Positions 26,001 to 39,140 of a stretch of 64,000 nucleotides of DNA are shown here, piece by piece. The stretch's first letter is position 1; each line of letters opens with the position of its first letter. The stretch comes from Vicugna vicugna (taxonomy: Eukaryota): contig MU062907.1 in assembly GCA_013265495.1 (NCBI GenBank), positions 1,368,861-1,432,860 on the forward strand, read 5' to 3'. The position numbers and the translations under genes were made by a program. The notes under the pieces were generated by a model that had not been told where the DNA came from, did no database searches, and was given only the letters and a program-made list of their open reading frames with translations.

Positions 26001-26169
26001 TTTTTTTTTAAGTTTATTTTATTTTATTTATGTTTGGGAGGAGAGATAATTAGGTTCACTTATTTATTTGTTTATCTATTTAGTTTTTTAGAGGAGGTGC
26101 TGGGGATTGAACCCAGGACCTCATGCATGCTGAGTGTGTGCTCTACACACTGAGCTATACCCTCCCCCC
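26001..26169 (-). mobile_element. Second copy of the same SINE, carried by the tandem duplication
   Basis: Identical to 24911-25079 with the same TSD at 25984-26000 and 26170-26186. Confidence 0.9.
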
Positions 26170-28181
26170 AAAGTCATTTCATTTCTCTATGCATGTACAC
26201 AGGTAATTTTACATGAAGACGTGAACATGTTCCTTTTGCTTCCCTTTTTTGTTTGGCATCTCTTTTCCCATCTCATTCTCCCTTCTTCTTCTTCTTCTTC
26301 TTTTTTTTTTTGAGACGCAATTCATGATTTATTATTTCTGTGTGGTAAAATAAAATTCAAACTTTTAATCTCATAGAAGGAAACTGAGTGCAAATCTTGG
26401 CTATAGAAATCTTTGCTACTCTGAGTTTAGCTACGTTCATTTCCCCTTCTGATAGCGCTCTAGTCCATCTTAGTGAGTTAGTATGGAACCTTCCATATTT
26501 TTCTCTATGCTAATGTGGCCATTTGCATATGAATGCACATACACACTCATATACAAAATAAAATTTTTTTGTTTCTGTGTCATTTTTTATAAAAATATAG
26601 AGAAAAAAGTATTTACTCTTTTCTACACTTTGCTCAATAAAACTTCATGTAAGTCCCTCCAGGGCAAAAGATGTATTTCTGATCCTACCTTTAAAAAACA
26701 GCTGCATAATATTCCACGGGGTGGTTGAATCATATTTTCCCAGCTATTCCCCTGTTTATAGGCATTAATTTTGCTCCTAGTTTTTTTCCCCACAGTAACA
26801 ATGCTGCAATAAATGTCCTTAAATATACGTCCTATAAGGCTGGTAGTCTTAATGTTAAGACCAGACTCCCAGCCGTGAGAGCACTAGTTGGATATATATA
26901 TAGTTTAATTTCAGAGGTTGCTTTTCATAACAGCTGTAACTTCTCACATTGCCATCAGCAACACGTTAGAGTTCCTTTTCCCCTACGTATCCTCTAGAAA
27001 TACATGTTGTTGATGAGGTGACATTTCATTATTACTTTAATCTACATTTCTCTGTCTACCTGGTGATTCAGATTTTGTATTTAGGTTTTAGTAATTCAAT
27101 GAATATAATTTTTAAGTAAACTTTTTATAGTAGCATAACATGTACGCAGAAAAGTACACAAACCCTAGTGTGTGGCTTAATGAAAAAAATCCTTAAAACC
27201 AGCATCCAGATCAAGAAATAGAAACACCACCAGCTCCCCAGAAGCCCCTTGGTGACCCCTAGCAGTCACTAGGCCAACTCCGTCGCCAAGGGAAATCACC
27301 ATTCTGACTTCCATCACCATAGGTAAGTTTTGCCCATTTTGGGAGTATCTATAAGTGAATCGTGGTCTATACTCTTACTCACATAGTCTATACTCTTGCC
27401 CAATATTATTTTGTGAGATTCAGCCGTATTGTTGCATGAAGCAGTAAATCTTTCACTCTCTTTGCTCTAAATTTACATTCTGCAAATATACCACCATTTG
27501 TTCAATTGTTGATGAACATTTGGATCGTTTCCAGTCTTAACGATTATGAATCTTGCTGCCATGAGCATTTCGGTGCATGTCATGATATCCTGTTGATATA
27601 TATCTAGCAGTGGAATTGCTAGACTGCAGATGTATCCCTGCGGTCACTTTCGGCAAATACTGGCGAGGATCTACTGCCAAGGACCACTGCCAAAAACGAT
27701 CCTTACGAATTTACACTACCCCAGCAGTATTTGAGAGTTCTAGTTGCTCTACGTCTTTGCAAGTATTTTTATCTTTATAATTTTAGCCTGTTGGGTGTGT
27801 TTTTAATTTGCGTTTCCCTGATGATTAATGATGTAGCACAATTTTTCATGTTTATCGGCTTCTTTGCATGCCTATTTAAGTCTTTTGCCCATTTCTCTAG
27901 TCGTTTATCTGTCTTTTGTGATTTACAAGAGTTCTGTAGAAATTCTGGAAAGATGCTCTTTGCCATCTGTGTCAGGTATCTGTATTTTAAATGTCTCCTC
28001 CCTCTTTGTTGCTTGTCTCCTCTCTCTCTTAATGGTGTTTTTTGACGAATAGAAGTTCTCAATGTTAACATAGTCTGACTTACCATTTTTTCCTACTGTA
28101 CTTAGTGCTTTTTTGTGCTGTTTAGGAAATCTTTGCTTATTGCAATATCATGAACACATTCTCCTGTGCTGTCCTCTGGAA

Positions 28182-28967
28182 CAATGTTTCTCAACCTTTA
28201 TTCCATTATCACCTGTGACAAACACTCTAAGGTGGACCCCATAATCCTTCCTTCCTGGTACTTACGCCCTTGTGTAGTCCCCTCCCCTCGAGAGCAGTCC
28301 CCTCCCCTCAAATCTCCTCCCCTGTGACTTGCTTCCAGTCCATAGAATACAGCAAAGGTGATGGGCTGTCATTTCCACTATTATGTTACAAGTGATTGCT
28401 GGGGGACTGTCCTGGGCTAGTTTTGAGGAAGTAAGCTTCCACATTATAGGCTTCCGAAGGAGAAGAGCCATGTAGCAAGGAAGTGAGGGTACCTACTAGA
28501 TGACAGCTAGGAAGAAATTGAAGTCCTTGGTCCCAAACCCTGCAAATAAATGAGTTCCTCCAATAACGATGTGAACTTGGAAATGCATCCTTCCCCAGGC
28601 AAATTTTCAGATGACCCAGCTCTAACCAGTGCCTTAACTGCAGTCTTCTAGGGACCCATCTAAGCCATGCCCAGAATCCTGGCCCACAAAAACTGACAGA
28701 CACGTGGCTTTAAGCCACTAAGTTGATGGTAGTAGTATTATGCGGCAACAGATAACAAAAATATCACCCCCCCAAAAGGCGACCTCTGACATTTTTCCCC
28801 TAATCATCACCTTCAACTCCACCGTGCAACTTTAATACTACACTACACATCTGTTTATGTACTATATGTATATCTGTGCTTTACACATAAAAAATATTTT
28901 TTTCACCCCTAGGGAACCATTTTCACCCTCCCCCAGAGGCAATATATCACCCTTGTTGAGAATGCAC
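28182..28967. mobile_element. MER96B-like hAT transposon split by an MLT1 insertion
   Basis: caatgtttctcaacc start; catctgtttatgtactatatgtatatctgtgctttacacataaaaa body; gttgagaatgcac end. Confidence 0.75.
28214..28761 (+). mobile_element. MaLR solo LTR (MLT1D/E-like)
   Basis: tgtg start; cctgtgacttgcttccagtccatagaatacagcaaaggtgatggg; ttaagccactaagtt near the end; tatcacc flanks both sides (28207-28213, 28762-28768). Confidence 0.85.
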
Positions 28968-28968
28968 A

Positions 28969-29170
28969 CAATGGCATGGGCAACATAAAACCTACCACCA
29001 GTTTTGAAAATTAAGTCTTATTGAACACAGCCGTGCGTGTGCATTAACATATTGACTATGGCTTCTTTGGCACCACAATCGCAGAGCTGAGTGGTGGCAA
29101 CAGAGACCAAATAGCCAGCAAAGAATTATTTACCATCTAGCCCTTTCTAGAAAATATTTGCCATCCACTA
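28969..29170. mobile_element. MER58A hAT DNA transposon fossil
   Basis: ttattgaacacagcc...gcagagctgagtggtggcaacagagacc...tttaccatctagccctttctagaaaatatttgcc. Confidence 0.85.
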
Positions 29171-31187
29171 CACTAGAAGTTTTATCATTTTATCTTTCGC
29201 ATTTAGATCTACAATCCACTTGGAATTTAATTTTTGCCTATGATATTAGGTAAAGGTCAAGGATCTTTTCATTTTCCACATGGATTTCCCACTTACCCAG
29301 CATTACTTACTGAAAAGCCATCCTTTCCCCGCTGCATGGCAGTGTGATGACTGTGTATCCGTGGGTCTCTTTGTGAGTGGGGCATAATTTGGAGACAACT
29401 GGTATCTTTCCAATATTGAGCTTTCTAATTGTTGACATGATATATACTTCCATTCATTTATCTTGTAAGTAATGATGTTCACATTTTTATTGTGGAGGTC
29501 TTATACACATTTTGTTAGATTAAGTCCTAGGCATTTGATTTTTTTGATCAGTCATAAATAGTATCATATAATCATTTTTACTCTTCAATTATATGCTGCT
29601 AGTATATAGAGGTACAATTTATTTTCCTGTATTAATTTTGTTTTTAGTGACTTTGTTAAATTTGCTATTCATTATAATACTTCACCCACAAATTGTTCCT
29701 GACTTTCTCTGAGCACAGTCCGGTCACCTGTGAATAATGACATTTTAATTTCTTCTTTTTTAATTTTCAAAACGTTTTATTTATTTTTATTTTCGCCTTG
29801 GCACATTGACTAAAATCGTTAGTAAACGTTAAATAGAAGTAATAGCAGATATCTTTGTCTTACTCCTGATCCCAAGGGGACGGCTTTCAATATTTCATCA
29901 AGTTCGATGTTTGCTGTTGAGTCATTTGTCGATACTATTAATCAGATTAAGTTCCCTTCTATTCCTGGTTGCTAACAGTTTTTATTTATTTATTTTATCA
30001 TGAACATGTATGCTGAGCTTTATAAAATCTTTTTCTACATGTACTGAGATAATCATTTTCTTTTTCTTCTCAGTTATAATTAATGTAGTGAATTACATTG
30101 CTTGAGTTTTTGAATGTTAAACTAACCTTTCACCTTGCATTCCTGGAGTAAACTGAACTTCGTTTTTTATACACATCACTGGATTCACTTTGCTATAATT
30201 TATTTTTGCATCTATCTTCATAAAACAACTTGGAATGTGCTTACTCTTTTTTTTCATTTTTTTTTTAGAACAGTTTATAAAACATTGGTGTTATTTCTTC
30301 TTTAAATGTTTGGTGAAAACCTCTGGATGATAGCTTTCTTTGTGTAAAGTGTTCAAATTACAGATTCAATGTTTAAAATACATGCGGTATTATGCAGATG
30401 CTCTGTTTCTTCTTATGTCCCCTTTGGTAAGTTATATAAGCAAGCTGTGTGTTTAATTGAAATTAAATTTGGGGGGACATAAAGTTGTTCATAATACGAG
30501 CTCATTACCTTTTTAATGCCTATAAAAGCTGTAATAAAGTACCTTTTTAATGATTGAATGAGTAATTTGTATGCTTCACTTTTTCATAAATAAGTTTTGC
30601 GAAGATTTTATTCATTTTATTAGGCTTTTGAAAGAGAGAACTCTTGTTTATTTTCTCTATTGTATGTTTGTTTCCTCTTTCATTGATTTCTGCCTTCATC
30701 TTTGTATTTCTTCTATTTAAAACTTTTGGTATTTAATTTGCCTTTGCTTTCCTAAGTGCTTGAGATGGGGACTTAGTCCTTTAATTTTCAGCCTTCTTTT
30801 TTAATATATGCATTAAAACTATCGATTTCCCTTGAAGTCCAATTTTAACTGCATTCCACAAAAATTCAGTTAATTTTTTTCTAATTTGTGTTACTTCCTT
30901 TTTGAATCATGAATTATTTTGATACATATAACTCAATTTTACAGTTTTTTCCCTTTTGTTACTGATTTTTAACTTAATGCCGCATTGATCAAGAACATAT
31001 TCTGTCTTATTCCATTTTTTGAAATTTGCTGAGCCCTGTGTTATAGCCCAGCGTTTTTGGAAAATATTCTGTATGAGCTTCTAAAAATGTGAATTCTGAA
31101 TTTCTTTGGTACAGTGAACTTCATATGCCAATTAGGTCATGTTTATTAATCACATTATTCAAATTTTCTATATTCTTATTGTTTTTT

Positions 31188-32284
31188 TCTTAATTTTTTA
31201 AATTTAAAAATTTTTCTTGAGTTATAGTCATTTTACAATGTTGTGTCAAATTCCAGCATAGAGCACAATTTTTTAGTTGTACACGAACATACATAAATTC
31301 ATTGTCACATTTTTTTTTTCACTGTGAGCTACCACAGATCTTGTATATATTTCCCTGTGCTATACAGTATAATCTTGTTTCCCTATTCTGCATATGCCTG
31401 TCAGTATCTACAAATTTTGAAATCCCCGTCTGTCCCTTCCCACCCCCGGCCCCCTTGGCAACCATAAGTTTGTATTCTATGTCTATAAGTCTGTTTCTGT
31501 TTTGTATTTATATTCTTTTTCTTTTTTAAAATTTTTTTTTTTTTTGATACCACCTATGAGCAATCTCATATGGTATTTTTCTTTCTCTTTCTGGCTTATG
31601 TGACTTAGAATGACCTTCTTCAGGAACATCCTTGTTGCCACAANNNNNNNNNNNNNNNNNNNNNNNNNNNNNNNNNNNNNNNNNNNNNNNNNNNNNNNNN
31701 NNNNNNNNNNNNNNNNNNNNNNNNNNNNNNNNNNNNNNNNNNNNNNNNNNNNNNNNNNNNNNNNNNNNNNNNNNNNNNNNNNNNNNNNNNNNNNNNNNNN
31801 TTTTGAAGTAGGATTTCTTCTGAATATCTGCCCAGGAGTGGGATTACTGGGTCATATGGTAAGTCTATCCCTAGTCTTTTGAGGAATCTCCATATTATTT
31901 TCCACAGTGGCTGCACCAAAGTGCTTTCCCACCAGCAGTATAAGAGGGTTCCCTTCTCTCCACAGCCTTTCCAGCATTTGTCATNNNNNNNNNNNNNNNN
32001 NNNNNNNNNNNNNNNNNNNNNNNNNNNNNNNNNNNNNNNNNNNNNNNNNNNNNNNNNNNNNNNNNNNNNNNNNNNNNNNNNNNNNNNNNNNNNNNNNNNN
32101 NNNNNNNNNNNNNNNTCCTTGGAAAATTGCTTGCTTTAGGTCTTCTGCCCATTTTTGGATTGAGTTGTTTGTTTTTTTCTTTTTAAGTCATATGAGCTGC
32201 TTATATATTCTGGAGATCAAGCCTTTTTTGGTTTCATCTTTTGCAAAAATTTTCTCCCATTCCATAGGTTGTTGTTTTGTTTTC
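31188..32284 (-). mobile_element. 5'-truncated lineage-specific L1 (ORF2 C-terminus plus 3' UTR), containing two N-gaps
   Basis: Minus [32 protein letters not shown] is L1 ORF2 C-terminal; approximate TSD attcttattgtttttt (31172) / attcttactgattttt (32285); gaps 31644-31800 and 31985-32115. Confidence 0.9.
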
Positions 32285-34989
32285 ATTCTTACTGATTTTT
32301 ATCTGCTTGTTCTGTCAGCTACTGAGAGTGGTCTGTTGAAATTTCCAACTTACAGCTGGAGTTGCTTATTTCTCATTTTGGTCTTGCCAATTTCCACCTT
32401 ACGTATTTGGATGCTAATTATTGGAGGTTTGCCAATTTAGAATTGTTATATCTTACTGCTGTATTGACACTTTAATTATTACAAAATGTGTATTGGTGGC
32501 ACTTTTTGCCTTAAAGTCTTATTTTTTTCTGGTTCTTCATATGGCTAAACCAACTTTCTTTTGGGTAACTTGCATGGTATAACATTTTCCATCATTTTAC
32601 TCTCAATACCCCTTTGTCTTTATACTGAAGTTCTGAATTTGTCTCTTGTAAGAAACATGTTGTTGCAGCTGCTGTTACTTTAATTTGGTTTCATAATCTT
32701 AAGAATTTTTAGTGCAATTACATTTGATCTAATTACTGATATACTGGGATATACAGCTACCATGTCACTATTTGTTTTCTATTCAAACCTACTGTTTTAC
32801 TCTTGTTTACTCAATTTTATCATCTTTTGTATTAAATAAGTATTTTTTTAAAATTCTAGTTTCTCTTTAGCTTATTGGATATGCATTCTTTTATTATTAT
32901 TTTAGCCGATATGAAATCAGCAAGGATATAGAAGATTATCATACGTAGTATTACCATTGTCTATTTCAGGCAATGTAAGGGCCCTAAAGACCTCCCCTTA
33001 TTGCTTTTGTCTTATTAGTCCCATGTGTTTTAATTTCATATATGTTTTATAACCCAAAAGAATTTATTGTTACCGTTATATAGGGTTAATATTAATTGAT
33101 ACTAATCCTTATCTTTACTCCTTTGAAGGTAATGTGTCTTCCTACTTAGAAGCTTTTAAGATTTTTTCTTTGATTTTCATTCTTAGCAGTTTTACTATGA
33201 TGTGCATAGGTGTATTTTTCTTGGTAGTTATTCTTGGAGTCTGTAATGATTCTAGACTCTTTTTCATCAATTTTTTTCAAATAGTGCTTCTGCTTCATTC
33301 TCTTTCTCTTCTCCTTCTAGGTCTCTAACTATATGCGTGTTATATCTTTTCACTAGATTTCATATGTCTCTTAAGCTCTTTTCAGGATTTTCTACCCCTT
33401 TATTCCCCTCCATGATTTAATCCAGATTTATCTACTCACATATATTTCAGTATACTGATCCCATTTTAAACTCTGCTCAGTCTACTTATAAACACATCTA
33501 TTGAGTTTTTAATTTCAGTTATTGCATTTTTCCACTCTGATGGGGTATTTTTTAACGTATGTAGCTATCATAAGATAACCAAAACATAAAGGGAGAAAGG
33601 TAAAGAGATCTGTCTGGTGATAATGTTTCTACATTCTACTTGAAATGGTAAAATATTGAATCTAAGAAGATGTGAAAAATTGTATGTTTATTGTAACCTT
33701 GAAGGAACCACTAAAGAAATGACACAAGAAGATATATTCAAAGAACACTAGGTGCATTAAAAAGGAATATTGAAAAATGTGCAAACAATTCAAAAGAAGA
33801 CAGAAAAGGGACAGAGGAAAAAAAATTGGAGAATAAGCAGAAAACAAAATATAAATGTTGAAATATAACATAGCAATAATTATATCAGGGTAGAAGATCT
33901 AAAGACACCAATTAAAACAGAGATTGTAAAAATGGATTAAAAAAACATATGCTGTGTAAAAATATTCACTTCAGATATAAGTTGAAATTATAAATAATAT
34001 AGTATAATAAATAATATACAAACATATAATAAGCATATAAATGTATTTATGTGATAAGTACATAAATAATAAATAAACAGTATAATGATATAGGTTAAAA
34101 GTAGAAAGATGGAAAAGATATGCCATGCAAACACCAATCAAAAGAAAGTTGGTGTGGCTTTAATAGTATCATGAGAAGTAGACTTCAGGACAAAAGTTAC
34201 CAGAGATTAAGAGCAACCTTATGTAATAATAAAAGGATCCATTCATCAAGACGACATACCAATCCTAATCGTATGTGTACTTAGCAACAAGGCTTCAAAT
34301 ACAGGAAGCAAAAACTTACAGAACTGGAAGGAGAAACAGACAAATTCAAAATCATAGTCCAAGACTTCAACACTCTTCTGAGTGACTGATAGACCTGGGA
34401 AGTAGAAAATCAGCATAGAACTGAACATCGTCAACTGTATTTAATTAGCATTTATAGGAAACTCCACCCAACAGAAATAGAGCCCACATTCTCTCTCTTT
34501 TTTAAATTGAAATATAGTTGATGTAAAATATTATGTTAGTTTCAGGGATACAACATAGTGATTTGACATTTAAATACATTATGAAATGATCATCATGTTA
34601 AGTCTAGTATCCGTCTGTCCCCATAAAACTTATTACAATATTATGGACCATATTTCTAATCCTGTATATTATATCCCTGTGACATTTATTTTCAAACTGG
34701 AAGCTTATACCTCTTACTTCCCTTCACCTATTTCACCCAACCCCTATAACCCTCTCCCTTCTGGCAACCACCCATTTTTGTTCTCTGTCTCTATGAGTCT
34801 GTTGCTATTTTGTTTTGTTTGTTCTTTTGTTTTGTTTTTTAGATTTCACATATAAGTGAGATCATACATTATTTGTCTTTCTCTGACTGACTTATTTCAC
34901 TTAGCATGATACCCTCTAAATCCATCCATGTCTGTGAATCTCTTAATAGATTTTTGGTTTGTAGGCAGCAGGAGGTTCGTATATAGCAA

Positions 34990-35062
34990 CATATATATAT
35001 GTGTGTGTGTGTATATATATAAATATATATGCATACACACACATATATATATATATACACAT
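34990..35062. repeat. Compound (TA)/(TG)/(CA) microsatellite
   Basis: Read directly. Confidence 0.9.
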
Positions 35063-35299
35063 ACTCTTTTATGTTCAAGTGCATTCTAACAGCTCTATAA
35101 TTTTACTCTGCCCTCCCCATATTTTGTGTTTTTGTCATATTTTGCATCTTTTTTATTTTGTGTACCCCTTAACTGCTTATTGAACATACAGATGATTTTA
35201 CTACTTTTGTCATTTACTGTTCCTACTAGCTTTGTGAGTGGTTGATCCACAACTTTACTGTATATTTGTCTTTACTGGTGAGAGTTTTCCTGTTATCAT

Positions 35300-36204
35300 T
35301 TTATTTGTAGTTGTGGCTTTTTTTTCTTTCCTTAAAGAAATCCCTTTTTAGCTTCTTGTACAGCAATTTGGGGGTAATAAACTCTTTTAGCTTTTGCTTA
35401 TCTGTATAACTCTTTTTAATCTCTTCAGTTCTATATAATAACCTTGCCAGGTAGAGTATTCATAGGTGTAGGTTTTTTTCCCTTTCAGCACTTTGAATAT
35501 ACCATGCCACTCCCTTCTGGCCTGAAAAATTTCTGCTGAAAAGTCATCTGATGTGTTCATGGGAGTTCCCTTATATATAAAGAGTTCTTTTTCTCTTGCT
35601 ACGTTTAGGATTCGTTCTTTAATTCTTGCCATTTTAATTATAATGTGTCTTAGTGAGGACCTCTTTGGGTTCATCTTGTTTGGGACTTGCTTCCTGGACC
35701 TGGATGTCTGTTTCTTTCCCCAGGTTAGGGAATTTTTCTGCAATTATTTCCTCAAATGCGTTCTCTGCTCCTTTCTCTCTCTTCTCCTCCTATGATCCCT
35801 ATAATGCCAACATCAGTATGCTTGATGTGGCCGTAGAGGGCTCTTAAACTATACTCATTTTTAAAAATTCTTTTTTCTGTTCAGCTGGAGGTGATTTCCA
35901 CTACTCTGTCTTCCAGATCGATGTCTTTGTTCTTCTGTAACATCTAATCTACTGTTGATTCCTTGTGTATTTTTCATTTCAGTTATTGTATTCTACAGTT
36001 CTGATTGGTTCTTTTTTTTGTTTGTTTTCTAACACTTTGTTGAAATTCTCACTGTGTTCATCCATTCTCCCTGTTCAATGAGTGCCTTTATAATCATTAC
36101 CTTGAACTCTTTATCAGATAGATCACTTATCTCCATTTCTTTTTGTTCTTTTCTGAGGTTTTGTCTCGTTCCTTCATTTGAAACACGTTTCTCTGTCTCC
36201 TTAT
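35300..36204 (-). pseudogene. Disrupted L1 ORF1p
   Basis: Degenerate start ATA-AGG-AGA-CAG at 36204 (RRQRNVFQMKERDK...); PNKMNPKRSSLRHIIIKM...RILNVAREK...FSAEIFQARREWHGIFKVLKGK; frameshifts and stops. Confidence 0.9.
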
Positions 36205-39140
36205 TTTGCCTAATTCTCTGTGTTTACTTCTATGTTTTAGGTAGGCCCATTACCTATGGGCCATTAATATAGAAGGTCCAATCTTGGAGAAGTGGCTTAT
36301 GTAGGAGACATATATAAGAGGTCCAGCAGCATGCTCTTTTCTGGTCACCAGTTAGATGCTCCAAGGGTGTGTTCTATGTGAGCTGCATGTGCCCTTCTGC
36401 TATGGTGGGGCTGACAACTGTGGATGTGCTGGTATGCAGGGCTGGACCCCCAGCCCAGCTGGTTGTGAATCTCTGCCTCACGTGGTTGCTGCAAGCCTGC
36501 TGGTGGATATGGCATGCCCCAGTGCAAATAGGCTAGATGGAGGATTCCAAAATGGTGCTTACCAGTGTTGGTGTCAGCACAATAGAATGAGATCCCCAAA
36601 ATGGTTGCTTCCAGCATCACTGTCCCCTGAGGGAGTCCCCACTGCCTGCAGCCTCTCTTGGAGGCTTTCCAAGATCAGCAAGTGAGTCTGACCCAGACAC
36701 TTTTTAACAGTTGCCTCTGCACTGGGACTCAGAGCATGTGAGATTTTGTGCTTGCCCTTTAAGAGTGGAGTCTTTGCTTCCTATAGCCTTCTGGCTCTTC
36801 CAAACATAAGCCCTGCTGGTCTTCAAAGACAGATATTGTTTTCCTGGTGCAGAAACTGGGGCTGGTGAGCCTGATGTGGGGCTTAGACCCCTCGCTCCTC
36901 GGGGAAGACCTCTGTAGTTGTGATACCCTTCCAGTTTGTGGTAGCCAAGCCAGAGGTATTGGTCCTGACTAGACTGCATTTCCAGCTCTCCTCTCCTTCT
37001 TGTTATTGCTCCTTCTTTAGTTGTGGAAAATCCTTTCTGCTAGTCTTTAGATTGTTCTCATAGATAATTACTCTACACACAGTTGTAATTTTGGTGTGTC
37101 CATGAAAGAAGGTGGGTTCAGGGACTTTCTGCTCCAACATGTTGATCCTGCCCTCTGGGTTCACATTATTTTCAAGTGTTCATGTAATGTTCACCAAGAT
37201 TTACCTGCTCTGGGTCATATAATATGTCTTAACAAATACAAGATAATTGAGATTGTACACAGTATGTGGTCTGACAATAATGAAACGTACTAGAAATCAG
37301 TAATAGAAGGATAACAGGAAAATCTCCACATACATGGAAAATAACATTATATTTCTAAATAATACATGGGTTAAAGGAAAAGTCTCAAGGGATATTAGAA
37401 ACCATTTTGAAATGAGTAGAAATGAAAATATAACCTAGCAATTTGTAAAATGCAGCTAAAGCAGTGTTGAGAGAGAAATTCATTACATTATATGTTTATG
37501 TGACAAAAGAAGAAAGTTCTCATGTTAATAATCTAATCTTATACATTTAAGAAACTAAAAAATGTTATAGCAAAATAAGCCTAATGCAAGTAGGAACACA
37601 GACATGATAAATACAAGAGCAGATATCAATGAAATTTAGAACAGCAATAACCAACAAAAATCAATTGAACTAAAAGCTGGGTCTTTAAAAAAATCGACAA
37701 AATTGATCAAATTAATACAATTGTCAGCAAGACTGACAAAGGAAAAAACAAAGACACAAATTACTGACACCAGTGATGAACAGTGTATAACACTGTAGAC
37801 CTTACAGTCACCAAATGGATAATAAAGAAATAAACAACTCTAAACCCACACATTCAACAAATGTAATAAAATAAACAAAATTCTTGAAAATAAAAAGCTA
37901 CCAAAATTCAACCAATATTAAATATTAATTATTATAAATATTATATTAAATTATATTAAAAATTTTATAACTTCAATATATTGAGTTTTAGTTTAAAGCA
38001 TTCTAAAAAAGAAATCTCTAGGCCCAAATAATTTCACTAGTGAGTTCTACTAAACATTTAAAAAAGAGATAACACCAATTTTAAATCAATTCCAGAAAAG
38101 AAAAGATGCAGGAACACTTTCCAACTTATTTTATGAGGTTGGCATTACCAACCATGATACCAAAACCAAAGGAAGCACCCCCCACCCCAAAAAAAGAAAA
38201 AAAGAAAGGAAAAAAAAAGCTATAAATTAATATTCTTCATGAACATAGAAGCAAAAATCTTTAACAAAATAGTAGCAAATTGAATCCAGAAATGCATAAA
38301 AAGAATTATACACCATGATTAAATTGGATTTATCCCAGGGAATTCAGATTTGTTCAACATTTGGAAATCAATCAATGTAATCTACTATATTAATAATCTA
38401 AGTAAGAAAAATCATATGATCACATCAATTGATACAGAAGAAGCACTTGGTAAAATTCAACGTCCTTTCATAATAAAAACTCTCAGCAAACTAGGAGTGA
38501 AAGTGAACTTTCTTAACCTGATAAAGTGAAGTTACAGAAAACTTAGAGTTAACATTTCACTTAATAGTAAAAAACAGAATGCTTTTTCCTCTATGATCAG
38601 GGACACAGCAAGAAGGTTCATTCTCACCGCTCTCACTCAATAACCTACTAAAAGTCTTAGCCAGTGCAATAAATCAATGAAAGGAAATAGAAGCCTTATG
38701 GATTGAAAATAAAAGTCTTTCTATTCACAGATGACACAGAAAATCTTCAGGAATCAAAGAAAAACTTCTAGAACTAATAAGTGAATTAGCAAGGATGGAA
38801 GACACTAGGTAAACACATAAAATGATTTATATTTCATATATACTAGCAAGAAATAATTATAAACTATTGAAATTGGAATTTTTAAAAAAATCACTTAGAA
38901 TAGCTCCAAAAATACTTCCATATAAATCTTACATGTACAGAATTTGAAAACCACAAAACACTGATGAAAAAAATAAAAAAGATCTAAAAAAGTGGAAAGA
39001 CATACTATGTCCTTGGATTGGTAGACTTAAGAAAGTAAGGATTTCAATTGTCTCCAAATTAATTTATAGGTTCAATTCCAATCAAAATTACATCCAGATA
39101 GTTTTGCAGACATAGACAAGCTAGTTTTAAAAATTTTATA

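Larger units (their letters stand above)
24561..26739. repeat. Direct tandem duplication: 24561-25649 and 25651-26739 (1,089 bp each, one A between)
   Basis: Offset 1090; identical 81-aa ORFs at 25393 and 26483; no difference found by eye, including T-run and TTC lengths. Confidence 0.95.
26740..33540 (-). mobile_element. Old antisense L1 (L1ME/L1M-type) fragments hosting several younger insertions
   Basis: T-rich; L1 3' UTR motif at ~27110-27560 and ORF2-like antisense sequence at 29170-31170 and from 32290 onward. Confidence 0.75.
34494..37156 (-). mobile_element. Internally deleted L1: 5' UTR, ORF1, inter-ORF region, last ORF2 codons and 3' UTR
   Basis: 5' UTR start near 37150; ORF1 remnant; junction near 34932 directly into TWMDLEGIMLSEISQSEKDK; 3' UTR and T-tail at ~34494-34860. 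Confidence 0.85.

Noticed and set aside
25393-26728. Two identical 81-aa ORFs resembling paralogues
   Set aside because: Product of the tandem duplication over an antisense L1 remnant.
27731-34855. Several hydrophobic, membrane-protein-like short ORFs
   Set aside because: T-rich antisense L1 sequence translates to Phe/Leu/Ile-rich peptides as an artefact.
35387-35743. L1 ORF1 fragment as a functional gene
   Set aside because: Start codon degenerate, frameshifts and stops, and ORF2 missing.
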